From a virus (taxonomy: Duplodnaviria; Caudoviricetes), in IMG/VR virus record IMGVR_UViG_3300034357_000131, positions 1-26,694 of that record: a DNA stretch of 26,694 bases; one strand, written 5' to 3'. Position 1 is the stretch's first letter. Every line of letters starts with the position of its first letter. The notes beneath the pieces are model-generated. The model ran no database searches. It was given only the letters and a program-made list of their open reading frames with translations, and was not told the origin of the DNA. The position numbers and the translations under genes are program-made. Below, piece after piece: positions 15,666 through 24,617 of this stretch.

Positions 15666-17627
15666 ATGTCCTGCCGTCCCAACTACGATCCATGCCTTGA
15701 TAGTAAGCTAAACCAAATTGGAAGCTATGCATCTGTAGCAAGGCAGAGCGCACAGAATTCTGCTGCTAGCGCCGCCGCCGCAGCAGCCAGCGCAACGCAA
15801 GCAAACAACTATCTGACCCAAGTCACAAATATCTACGATGATTTCAGCGAGAAATATCTTGGATCGTTTGCAACTCCTCCAGTAACAACTCAAGAAGGCG
15901 CATTGTATTTCGATACCGTAGCGAATTCCCTTTATGTATGGAATGGAGCAAGCTGGGTAGCATTGCCGACTGGGTTCAACGAGTTCACAAACTTTCCTCT
16001 TTCGTATACAACCCCAATTCCAGCATCAGAGCTTCGGACTGGATCAGAATATCAAATTGTCGCACTTGGAAGTCCGGCTACAAACTGGGTGGCAATTGGC
16101 GCGGCATCTGCCACAGTTGGAGAGCGGTTCACAAAAAATGCAACAGCAGCCACCGGAAATGGCACGGCAAGAGTGACGAGAGACTTGAACACAAGGTTTG
16201 CTGATGTTGTGAATGTGAAAGACTTTGGCGCAGTTGGTAATGGGGGAAATGATACTATTGCAATCAAAAATGCTATAGCTTATGCTATATCAAATCCTCC
16301 ACTCACCGCCCCATTTGGAGAAGGCGGAACAGTTTTTTTACCAGCAGGCGTTTATGGAGTATCTGAAGATATAGACATTCCAGAAGGCGTTATTGTTTGC
16401 GGTGAAGGCGTTCGCATATCAACAATTAAATGGATTGGAGGTTCAGCCCCAACCGAAGCAGTTATCACAAGTAATTTAGATAATAGATTTTCTTTTGTTC
16501 ACGCTGCTGGTTTAACGAAGTTAACGGTCGATGCTAATAATCAACCCGTTGCGGTAAAAATACGCGGTTGGAATAACGGGTGTGAATTGAATTTTTTAGA
16601 GGCTCGTAGTTATACTGATTCTACGGATGGTGGATTCCAGATTTTATCTGCAGCACCCGGTTCTATTACAGCTACATCTGCGAATTTTAGCATTAGTGAT
16701 ATATGGCTTTTTGGAACAACTGGGGCAAAAAATATTCTTTTGGATGGATGTCAAAGACTAACTTTTCTTAACTTAAATATAGGAATTAGGACAGGTGAAA
16801 CTGGGCCTATGGTTAGTGGATTAGAGTTGCGTCAATTGTGTAGACAAAATGCATTTATAAATACAAACATTGAAAATTGCAGCATAGCGGTTGACATTTC
16901 TACTACTGGTTCTGCAATTACAGTTACTGGAAATGCTTTTATAAATCTTTGCATGGATTTTGCAAGTTACGCTTTAACTCCACCAGCTCCAAATACAATA
17001 AATAGTGTAACTGGAACCTTTGGTTTTGTTGTGCGACAAAGTGATGCCACTAACGCATGGGGTTATTTGCAAAACTATCGTGATGGTTACGGATATTCTT
17101 ATCCATTCTATGATTTTGGATTGGGAATATTTAAATCAAATACACCATTAAATGCAAATAATTCTACTTATTTTCATGGTCAAGATATTGGGACAACTAC
17201 AACACCAAGAATAAATCGGATTATTATTGTAAACGATAATGCAGCAACAATTTCAGTAAATACTGGGAATGTTCTTTCAATAGGAAATACTATTTCTACA
17301 TCTGTCACAAACTTTACTGATGGAATTCAAGGTCAAGTTATCCATTGCAGATTTACAAACGGGAATACAACCATTGAAAGTAATTCAACAATTATTCTTA
17401 ATGATGGAAGCAATTGGAATCCAGTAGCAAATTCCACATTAACATTACTTTCTATTAGCAATAAATGGTTTGAAGTTGCAAGGTCTTATGGCGCATCAAC
17501 TGGAACATATACAATTTCAAATGTTACAACTAATAGGACTTATGATGCAAATGCAACTACTGTAGATGAACTTGCAGATGTTCTTGGAACTTTGATTGCA
17601 GATTTAAACACAAGAGGAGTTATTTAA
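15666..17627 (+). CDS. Tailspike 2: beta-helix depolymerase-like protein
   Basis: VVNVKDFGAVGNG.NDT.AI..AI...GGTVFLPAG.Y. The N-terminal ~190 aa are homologous to tailspike 1; no S74 motifs seen. Confidence 0.8.
   Translation: MSCRPNYDPCLDSKLNQIGSYASVARQSAQNSAASAAAAAASATQANNYLTQVTNIYDDFSEKYLGSFATPPVTTQEGALYFDTVANSLYVWNGASWVALPTGFNEFTNFPLSYTTPIPASELRTGSEYQIVALGSPATNWVAIGAASATVGERFTKNATAATGNGTARVTRDLNTRFADVVNVKDFGAVGNGGNDTIAIKNAIAYAISNPPLTAPFGEGGTVFLPAGVYGVSEDIDIPEGVIVCGEGVRISTIKWIGGSAPTEAVITSNLDNRFSFVHAAGLTKLTVDANNQPVAVKIRGWNNGCELNFLEARSYTDSTDGGFQILSAAPGSITATSANFSISDIWLFGTTGAKNILLDGCQRLTFLNLNIGIRTGETGPMVSGLELRQLCRQNAFINTNIENCSIAVDISTTGSAITVTGNAFINLCMDFASYALTPPAPNTINSVTGTFGFVVRQSDATNAWGYLQNYRDGYGYSYPFYDFGLGIFKSNTPLNANNSTYFHGQDIGTTTTPRINRIIIVNDNAATISVNTGNVLSIGNTISTSVTNFTDGIQGQVIHCRFTNGNTTIESNSTIILNDGSNWNPVANSTLTLLSISNKWFEVARSYGASTGTYTISNVTTNRTYDANATTVDELADVLGTLIADLNTRGVI
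17223..17240. repeat. Dispersed palindrome copy 6, one mismatch (ATTATTG TAAA CGATAAT)
   Basis: C-to-T change in the left arm, while the extended ATT/AAT flanks and a consensus-type spacer are kept. Confidence 0.6.
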
Positions 17628-17628
17628 T

Positions 17629-17937
17629 ATGACAAATATTACTTGGAAGATTGAAGCGTTGAAATCAATTGATAATATTGAAAACAATTTAAATGTTGTT
17701 GTTGAGGCTTCTTGGCTATGTAAAGCTGAAGAAACAAATAAAAATTCTTATATTTCTGGAACAATTAAATTTCCACTACCATCAAATTCATTTATTGAGT
17801 TTAATCAGTTGAGTGAAGAGGATGTTCTTCGTTGGTGTTTTGAATGTGGGGTAAACAAAGAAGAAACTGAAAATCAAGTAAAAGAAAAATTGAATCAAAA
17901 TCAAGAAGCAAAAACAATTGGACTTCCTTGGATATAA
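17629..17937 (+). CDS. Small fibre-associated protein (102 aa)
   Basis: TWKI..L...VV...W.C...FI.F.QL.EEDVL.W...GLPW, a pattern I recall from genes that follow phage fibre genes. Confidence 0.6.
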   Translation: MTNITWKIEALKSIDNIENNLNVVVEASWLCKAEETNKNSYISGTIKFPLPSNSFIEFNQLSEEDVLRWCFECGVNKEETENQVKEKLNQNQEAKTIGLPWI

Positions 17938-17970
17938 AATATTTAAAAACATGAGCGCAAACATTAACTA

Positions 17971-19965
17971 ATGCCAACCGAAGGATCAGTCTTTGATGGA
18001 TTCACAAGTATCATCGCGCAAGACGCAGATACTCACCCATCGTATTTACCAGAGTCTGTAGTATCAGAATCGGTTAATAGGACATTCCGAGGTGGGATTA
18101 ACCGCACTCGACCAAGCATTCGGAATATCAATATAGTTGTTGGAGACGGTGAAGCCGAGACTATCGTTAACGATATTCTTGGTGGTAGCTTCCAAGGCGC
18201 GTATCCATATCGGGCGACTAACTACAGAACAAGCGATGGCATCCTGCTATCGGTATCTGGGATTATCTACTTTCTAAAGATCGTAAACAATCGGGCGTTC
18301 GCATACAAGATTATCGAAGGTAACGATCCGGGCATGATGCACACATTTTTCGTGCAGGCTGAAGATCGGGCGTATATCCAAAACGGCTACCAGAATGCGA
18401 TTGCATGGGATGGAGTATTAGGAACTCTCACTACAAGTGAAATCCAAAACGGAGACTTCTGCGAGATTGTTTCAGTTGGAACTACTGACTTTACATTGAT
18501 CGGTGCGCCATCCAATACAGTCGGAGTAAAGTTTACAGCAACTGGAAGCGGAGTAGGAACTGGCACAGTAAAACTTCCCGCCTATCGCTTGAACCCATAT
18601 CTCGCCAAGATGCCGATTGGAACTGTAATGGAATACGCTTTCGGGCGAGTCTTTGTTTCTGACAGGTTCAATCAAATCTACGCTTCAGACATTATCTATG
18701 GCGGTGGGTTTACTGACACCAAGAATACTGAGAACTTCACAGAGATAGGATACTGGGCAGAAGGTGGCGCGTTCTCAACCCCAGCAATGATGGGGAATAT
18801 TACTGGAATGAAAGTAATGCCACAGATTGGAACCAACCTTCGCGGCCAAGGTGAGCTTGTTATTCTAACTGGAAACGGAGCATTTTCAATGGATGTCTCT
18901 ATACCAAGAAGCCAATGGAATACATCGAACATCCAGCGCATCTCATTACTTGGGCGGGGATGCACAAGTCCGTATGTCGGTTTGGCCAACTCTGAGCTTT
19001 GGTTTAGGTCACACGATGGTTGGGCATTCTACTCAAATAGCCAGTCTGAATTTGCCAGATACTTCTCACTTCGTAAACTATCGAGAGAAGTAAACAAGTG
19101 GGTAGAGAATGATACTCCGTGGATGAAGCAGTTCGCTTCTACGATGTTTTTTGATAACTACATCATCAGCACGGTAGCACCACAGACTTATCGAGCAGAA
19201 GGAGTAGAAGGATTGAACCGCTATCATAGGGGAATGGTGGTTCTCGACCTCGATCAATCATCCTCACCCGCACCGGACGCACAGCTTTCTTTTCGCTGGA
19301 ATGGCATCTGGACGGGCTTTAGACCAACCCAGCTACTCACTGCATTAATCCAAGGTGAGAAGCGTGGATTCGGATTCTCGTTCGATAAAGACAACAAGAA
19401 CCGACTCTACGAATTTACAACGAGCCAAGGCGACGATTACGGGCCGAACGGAAATAGGCAGATTGATTCCTTCTTCACAACTGGCAGGTATGACTTCAAC
19501 CGAAGCGGGGCTACCAACAAGTTCCTTCGTAAAAAAATCACTGGTGGAGAAATGTGGATGAGTGAGATTAAAGGGGAAGTAGATAGTTACGTTGATTTCC
19601 GCGCAGACTCCAACCCGTGTTGGTCAGAACTCAAAGTTCCTACGACTTTCGGTTGTAACCCATGCTCACCAGTAGTAACTGAATGCTTCCCGCAACGGGG
19701 AGGTAATCGCTACAAACGCTACAAGTTTAACACTCCTGACCCAAGTGAGTGCAATGACTTGGCAGGCATCCCATCGGTAGAGGGATCAGAATTTCAGATC
19801 AAAGTCAACCTAACCGGAGCAGCTACAGTTGACCGAGTAAGGTTAATGGCAAACATCAAGAACAACGATGATTCTCCAATAGGTGACTGCCCAGAAGAAA
19901 ATCAAGAATGCGAACCATTTTTGTGTTGCCAAGAGAAGTATTGGGAATATAATATCGTAATCTAA
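17971..19965 (+). CDS. Probable tail nozzle/head-closure protein (P22 gp10 / T7 gp12 positional analogue)
   Basis: 664 aa, beta-rich with propeller-like segments (GRVFVSD...IYASD), in the tail region, with a Cys-rich C-terminus. Assignment is by size and context. Confidence 0.5.
   Translation: MPTEGSVFDGFTSIIAQDADTHPSYLPESVVSESVNRTFRGGINRTRPSIRNINIVVGDGEAETIVNDILGGSFQGAYPYRATNYRTSDGILLSVSGIIYFLKIVNNRAFAYKIIEGNDPGMMHTFFVQAEDRAYIQNGYQNAIAWDGVLGTLTTSEIQNGDFCEIVSVGTTDFTLIGAPSNTVGVKFTATGSGVGTGTVKLPAYRLNPYLAKMPIGTVMEYAFGRVFVSDRFNQIYASDIIYGGGFTDTKNTENFTEIGYWAEGGAFSTPAMMGNITGMKVMPQIGTNLRGQGELVILTGNGAFSMDVSIPRSQWNTSNIQRISLLGRGCTSPYVGLANSELWFRSHDGWAFYSNSQSEFARYFSLRKLSREVNKWVENDTPWMKQFASTMFFDNYIISTVAPQTYRAEGVEGLNRYHRGMVVLDLDQSSSPAPDAQLSFRWNGIWTGFRPTQLLTALIQGEKRGFGFSFDKDNKNRLYEFTTSQGDDYGPNGNRQIDSFFTTGRYDFNRSGATNKFLRKKITGGEMWMSEIKGEVDSYVDFRADSNPCWSELKVPTTFGCNPCSPVVTECFPQRGGNRYKRYKFNTPDPSECNDLAGIPSVEGSEFQIKVNLTGAATVDRVRLMANIKNNDDSPIGDCPEENQECEPFLCCQEKYWEYNIVI
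18162..18175. repeat. Dispersed palindrome copy 7 (TATCG TTAA CGATA), intragenic
   Basis: Encodes T-I-V-N-D-I; CTATCGTTAACGATA is identical to copy 3 but read in a different frame. Confidence 0.9.
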
Positions 19966-20468
19966 TGGACAATCAATCTTCGTCTCCAGCACTTACTTTC
20001 CCAAATGTCCCAGATGACTTTTGTCCAACTGGTAACTGGCAAAGTGTATTTCAGCAATTCATTGATGAGGTTCTTACTAACGGAACTATCCTTGTGCCGG
20101 GTTTAGGTGATGTAACTCCGCAGCAAATCGCACAAATTAACGAGAGTCTTGCTACGCAGCAGAACGAAATTGATGCAATTGATACGCGAGTCGATGCTTT
20201 AGAGCCAGCAGTTAAAGTTCGTTATGGAACAATTACCGTAGTAGCCCCGTCAGATTCAGTTAGGACTGTAACATTTCTTACTCCACTTCCAACTGCAAAC
20301 TATGGAATATCAATTACTCCAGTTTGCAATTCTTCAATTGCAGCACAGCCTACACCACTTTTTTCATTAAATGTAGGAAGCAAATTAACCACAGGATTTT
20401 CGATCCGCATTGAAAATAACATTGCCGAGATCACAAGTGTTGACTGGATGGCGGTTCACACTTCGTAA
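19965..20468 (+). CDS. Short tail needle/fibre-like protein
   Basis: TAATG-coupled. A central heptad segment (IDAIDTRVDALE) precedes a C-terminal VTF.TP...Y.ISIT...TGFSI...VDWMAV lectin-like knob. Confidence 0.5.
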   Translation: MDNQSSSPALTFPNVPDDFCPTGNWQSVFQQFIDEVLTNGTILVPGLGDVTPQQIAQINESLATQQNEIDAIDTRVDALEPAVKVRYGTITVVAPSDSVRTVTFLTPLPTANYGISITPVCNSSIAAQPTPLFSLNVGSKLTTGFSIRIENNIAEITSVDWMAVHTS

Positions 20469-20495
20469 TAAACAAGCCATAAGAAAACTAAATAT

Positions 20496-20654
20496 ATGAC
20501 ACCACTAAAAGGAACTGATCCTAAACTCGTTAGCGGCGGCGCACCAACTCGCGGAAGTATCCGTGAAGGAATGGGTAACATGCCCAACCTTGGAGCCAAA
20601 AAGCCTAGCATCTACACGACTGCTGGAACTCCCAAGCAAGGCTACCAGAAATAA
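20496..20654 (+). CDS. 52-aa basic Gly/Pro-rich peptide (not in ORF track)
   Basis: MTPLKGTDPKLVSGGAPTRGSIREGMGNMPNLGAKKPSIYTTAGTPKQGYQK; its leader AAACTAAATAT matches the capsid gene leader. Confidence 0.65.
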   Translation: MTPLKGTDPKLVSGGAPTRGSIREGMGNMPNLGAKKPSIYTTAGTPKQGYQK

Positions 20655-20671
20655 TTATCGGTAACGATAAT
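20654..20671. repeat. Dispersed palindrome copy 8 (ATTATCG GTAA CGATAAT), intergenic
   Basis: Occupies almost the whole gap between stop 20654 and ATG 20674. Confidence 0.9.
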
Positions 20672-20673
20672 CT

Positions 20674-21636
20674 ATGGCTGATACCTTAGAGGAGATGGTG
20701 GAACTCGTTAAGGGTTTCGTCGGAGACAGTGGCGTTTGCAATTATGAACGCGCAGTCAAAGCCGTAAACCAAGCGAGGAGATTGTTGTGGAATAAAAGGG
20801 CATGGACTTCGCAAGAAGAATACGTCCAGATTTGTTGCGTTAACGATTGCTTCACGCTCCCGAATCGGTATGAGCAAATCAAACTCGCATGGATAGGAAA
20901 TGAATCAGTCTCGCTCGCCGATGAATGGTTCAATGCGACCAATGCGTATGCTCTCCATGCCAGCAAATCATGCCACAGGTTAATTACTGAAGTGGGCGGT
21001 CTTCACGTTCTCTTCCGAGATTACAGAACCCGCCCATACCAGATCGCTGTGCTTGCAGAGAACATCGAAGACGTTGGAGTTGAGTTGATGTTTGACGCGC
21101 AGGATGAATATCAAACTTACCACAAGGTAAAAGTAACTACCGCGCCCTCACCAAACATCGGAAAGTCTGCTGAAGTAGTTCTTGGAGTTCGCGCAGTTAG
21201 TAAACCGATTACTAAGGGTAGGATTCGGGTATATGCCTACGATCCAGTATTAGAAATTAAAACTCTAATCGCTATCTACCAACCGACTGATGGCAATCCA
21301 ACATTCCGAAGGTTCCGTGTTCCGAAGACCTGCGAGTGTATCACGCTCTATGCATCCAAGAAATACTTTGATCTAACTGATCCCAAGGAATTGGTGGAGT
21401 TCATACCAGATGCGATGATCTACGCCATCCTTGCCTTGAACTCCAGAGAGAACAGGAAGGCGCAGGAGTTCTTAGCTAACCTATCTCTCGCTGTGCAAGA
21501 GCAAGAAAAGGAAATGTCAAACGCGGAGATACCAACTGCTGCGCCAATTCGATTCTCAAACTATAGTAGGGCAGACAACCTAATCGGGTCTGATCTACTG
21601 TCACCGTCACCAAACGATTATTTCCTTTCGAGATGA
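20674..21636 (+). CDS. Probable head-tail adaptor (tail tubular protein A analogue)
   Basis: N-terminal helices TLEEMVELV...VNQA.R.L, then FTLP..Y..I, a beta-rich middle and C-terminal helices. This layout is typical of adaptors. Confidence 0.5.
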   Translation: MADTLEEMVELVKGFVGDSGVCNYERAVKAVNQARRLLWNKRAWTSQEEYVQICCVNDCFTLPNRYEQIKLAWIGNESVSLADEWFNATNAYALHASKSCHRLITEVGGLHVLFRDYRTRPYQIAVLAENIEDVGVELMFDAQDEYQTYHKVKVTTAPSPNIGKSAEVVLGVRAVSKPITKGRIRVYAYDPVLEIKTLIAIYQPTDGNPTFRRFRVPKTCECITLYASKKYFDLTDPKELVEFIPDAMIYAILALNSRENRKAQEFLANLSLAVQEQEKEMSNAEIPTAAPIRFSNYSRADNLIGSDLLSPSPNDYFLSR

Positions 21637-22121
21637 CATTGACAATCCCAGATAAGATTGATGCAAGAAACGTAGTTGGGTATGGTGATCCAGACTACGA
21701 TCTAAACTTGATGGACTTGGAGATTCTAAAGTTGCCTCCACGGGAATGTCCGTTGATTCACAAGTTTACGCCGGGGATGTATATTCGGGAAATCTATATG
21801 CCGAAGGACACGATTCTAACAACCTTGATGCACCTCACAACTCATCCATTCTTCGTGATGAAAGGTGATGTGACTGTCTGGTATCATGGAATCCCTGCAC
21901 ATAGGTATAAAACAGGCTACAATGGCATCACAGAAGCAGGAACAAGAAGGATGCTGGCTACCCACAAAGATACAGTTTGGATCACTTGCCACGTCACAAA
22001 CTTGACTGATCCAGACGAAATTATTGACAGCATCACTTCAAGAGACTTTAATCCCCATATCGCCAAGGAAGACCCACGGGTTCAGAAGTGGCGGCACAAC
22101 CGAACCGATTTAATAAAATGA
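21633..22121 (+). CDS. Cupin-fold protein
   Basis: HKFTPGMYIREIYMP...H...HPFFVMKG.V.V...G.RR...WIT.H matches a phage cupin-like pattern. Confidence 0.6.
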   Translation: MTLTIPDKIDARNVVGYGDPDYDLNLMDLEILKLPPRECPLIHKFTPGMYIREIYMPKDTILTTLMHLTTHPFFVMKGDVTVWYHGIPAHRYKTGYNGITEAGTRRMLATHKDTVWITCHVTNLTDPDEIIDSITSRDFNPHIAKEDPRVQKWRHNRTDLIK

Positions 22122-23179
22122 GATTTCTTCTACCAGACCAGCTAGGCAACGATAAACATTTTATGATGTTTCACAGCACTGGCTTTGCGATTGCTGCTGG
22201 TGTGGTTGCGGTTGGTGCTGCGGCGGCGTCATCAGCTATCTCAATGTCAGCGGCAGATCGAGCAAAGAAAGCTCAGGGTGCAGCGGCAGCGCAATTTAAA
22301 AAGCAACAGAGAAAAGCTGTAAAGGGATTTGAAAAAGGACAAGCAGAAGTCCAAGGAATGATCGGTGATGTCAAGGCTCCAGAGTATAACTTGGGAGCGA
22401 TGATCGGTGATGCTGGTCAGATTTCAGATTACAACCGTCAACAACTTGAACAGTTCTTACCCGGAGCAGCGGCGCAAAGGGAAAAACAATTACAGTTAAC
22501 AAACCAAGCAATGGATATTCTCGCTGAAAGGCTAAGAGGACAATATGGTGAAGATGTCACGCAAGGCGTAATGCGGGATGTTGCTCAATTTGCAGGCGCG
22601 GGATTCAACATAGCAACAGCGGGAAAAACTGGGGGATTCCAAGCGGCGCAGGGATTTGGGGCAGCTCAACTTGGACAGAAGAGGCTTGATGTTCAAAATC
22701 AAGCATTCCAACTCATGCCGTCAGTTAGCAATATTGCGGCGAGTTGGCAGGATTTGGCAAGAGGATTTGCCGCCAATCCGCTCGATGTAGGAAGACTACA
22801 ACTTGGCTACCAAACTGCCCAAGCAGAGGTTGGATTGCAGAAAGCGAAGATGACATCTGATATTTACGGAAATATGTTCAATGCTCAGTCTGGTCTTGCC
22901 ACGCAAATTTACGGAGCAAATAAAGAAAACGCAGCAGCAAGCTACGCTGCGCAGCAAGCAGTCGGTCAAGGGGTTTCTGATATCGGTAAGGCTACCTCTG
23001 GTGCGTTGTCTGGATATGGTGCTGCACTTGCAGGCATGAATGGTGGAGGTGGTTTCTCATCATCGGCGGCAGCGCAACAAGCTGCCCCATACGCTGGAAG
23101 TATTAGTCAAGTTCAAGGAATGGGATACGTTCCTAAAGCAAGTGCTGCTGGATTTGGAAACTTTGATTACGGATCATAA
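22118..23179 (+). CDS. Internal virion / DNA ejection protein 1
   Basis: ATG 22118 overlaps the upstream stop. A/G/Q-rich with a hydrophobic AIAAGVVAVGAAAA segment near the N-terminus; no Cys. Confidence 0.6.
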   Translation: MRFLLPDQLGNDKHFMMFHSTGFAIAAGVVAVGAAAASSAISMSAADRAKKAQGAAAAQFKKQQRKAVKGFEKGQAEVQGMIGDVKAPEYNLGAMIGDAGQISDYNRQQLEQFLPGAAAQREKQLQLTNQAMDILAERLRGQYGEDVTQGVMRDVAQFAGAGFNIATAGKTGGFQAAQGFGAAQLGQKRLDVQNQAFQLMPSVSNIAASWQDLARGFAANPLDVGRLQLGYQTAQAEVGLQKAKMTSDIYGNMFNAQSGLATQIYGANKENAAASYAAQQAVGQGVSDIGKATSGALSGYGAALAGMNGGGGFSSSAAAQQAAPYAGSISQVQGMGYVPKASAAGFGNFDYGS

Positions 23180-23182
23180 TTT

Positions 23183-24613
23183 ATGTCTATCGCAGAACTC
23201 ATAATGCAGGGAACAAAACGCTCATCGGAATCTACCGCATGGGTGGGCGATTCTTTGGCTAAACTTGGTCAAAGTGTAGGAAAGGCATTACAAGAACGCG
23301 AGCAGCAGAAGCAAGCTCAAGAGATGCTACCATTCTTGCAACAGAGTATGCAGGAGTCGATGAACTTGGCTCAATCGGGAGATACCGCTGGAGCATATTC
23401 TAACATGATGGGAATGTTTGCATCCAATCCAAACCTATTGCAGATCAAACCATTGCTTCCAATTGTTGATCTTGGACTTCAGGGAGTCAAGGCCGCCACT
23501 GATTCTTTCCTTGATTCTGAACGTCTAAGAGTTCAAGAAAATAGATATAATCAACCAGATCAAACTGATATGGGGTTCCCTGTTCCAGATGAAGTGCTAG
23601 AAGGGCAATTGCCACAAGAGGGTATGCCACAAGATGATCTTGCTCGATTCGCTCAAGCTGGGGCGGAAGGGAGACCTTTCCCTCAAATTAGTGCTGCACA
23701 GCAACAAGGGATTCCAGCGTCTCAACCCCTAGAAGGCACGCCTGAGCAACAGCGACAACAATTAGAGGATCAGATTGCGCTACCGGGGGAACAAACTCCG
23801 CTTGCTCCCGGCCCAGTTAATGTTCCTAAATCTGGCGTTCCAGCTGAATGGAAGCCACCAGAAAAAACACTTAAAAAATTTCTAACAATTGCTGACAGAA
23901 TTAACGCAATGAACGAAGCTGAAAAGATTATTGAGATGGATGACACATCTGTAACTTTTCAAACAGGTCAAAAAGCTAACGAATACATAAGTAAAGCAAG
24001 CAAAGATAAGCAAGTATTTAATCTGAACCCAGATTTATATATTGGTGTTCCGGGTGCTATTGGTGTAGAGCTTCCAAAGGAAGTTGCTAAAAATATCGTA
24101 ACTCAAAACATTGGCGCAAGAGGACAATCCTTTTCAATTAGAGAAGGAGTCGAAGGCACTGATGATGAGAATGAAGCAATTAAATGGCTTGAAGACTGGC
24201 AGAAGGCAAGTATGAAGGTTAGTAGCAGTCCAACGCTCACACAGCTTCTGAGTAGTGCAAACGGAAATGTTTTAAATATCAAAATGGATGAAGCTGATCA
24301 ACCAGTGCAACCAACTAGAGCGATTCGACCAGAAGAAAAAACTGGACAAGCTTACACGGCAACCATCGTTGGCAATGAAGACTTCAAACAAAACATTTCT
24401 AAAGATCAGCGTGATGATATTTTAATCCTGCAAAATCAGACTGCCGCCGCACAAACTAACAAGGCAAAATTCATTCGCTTGAAAACTGCCGCACAACCAC
24501 AAACAGCAATGGCAAAAAAACTCTCGCCAATGGATCAACAAGCGTTAGACTGGGCTAACGCGAATTCAAATGATCCTCGCGCAAACCAAATCAAACAAAG
24601 ATTAGGAATTTAA
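23183..24613 (+). CDS. Internal virion / ejection protein 2
   Basis: 476 aa, Q-rich and helical with a Pro/Gln linker; no Cys; lies between the other two ejection-type genes. Confidence 0.55.
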   Translation: MSIAELIMQGTKRSSESTAWVGDSLAKLGQSVGKALQEREQQKQAQEMLPFLQQSMQESMNLAQSGDTAGAYSNMMGMFASNPNLLQIKPLLPIVDLGLQGVKAATDSFLDSERLRVQENRYNQPDQTDMGFPVPDEVLEGQLPQEGMPQDDLARFAQAGAEGRPFPQISAAQQQGIPASQPLEGTPEQQRQQLEDQIALPGEQTPLAPGPVNVPKSGVPAEWKPPEKTLKKFLTIADRINAMNEAEKIIEMDDTSVTFQTGQKANEYISKASKDKQVFNLNPDLYIGVPGAIGVELPKEVAKNIVTQNIGARGQSFSIREGVEGTDDENEAIKWLEDWQKASMKVSSSPTLTQLLSSANGNVLNIKMDEADQPVQPTRAIRPEEKTGQAYTATIVGNEDFKQNISKDQRDDILILQNQTAAAQTNKAKFIRLKTAAQPQTAMAKKLSPMDQQALDWANANSNDPRANQIKQRLGI

Positions 24614-24617
24614 TTAC

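Noticed and set aside
5266-17627. Diversity-generating retroelement acting on the fibre genes
   Set aside because: No reverse transcriptase, and I saw no ~100-nt near-identical repeat pair differing at adenines. A template outside the window cannot be excluded.
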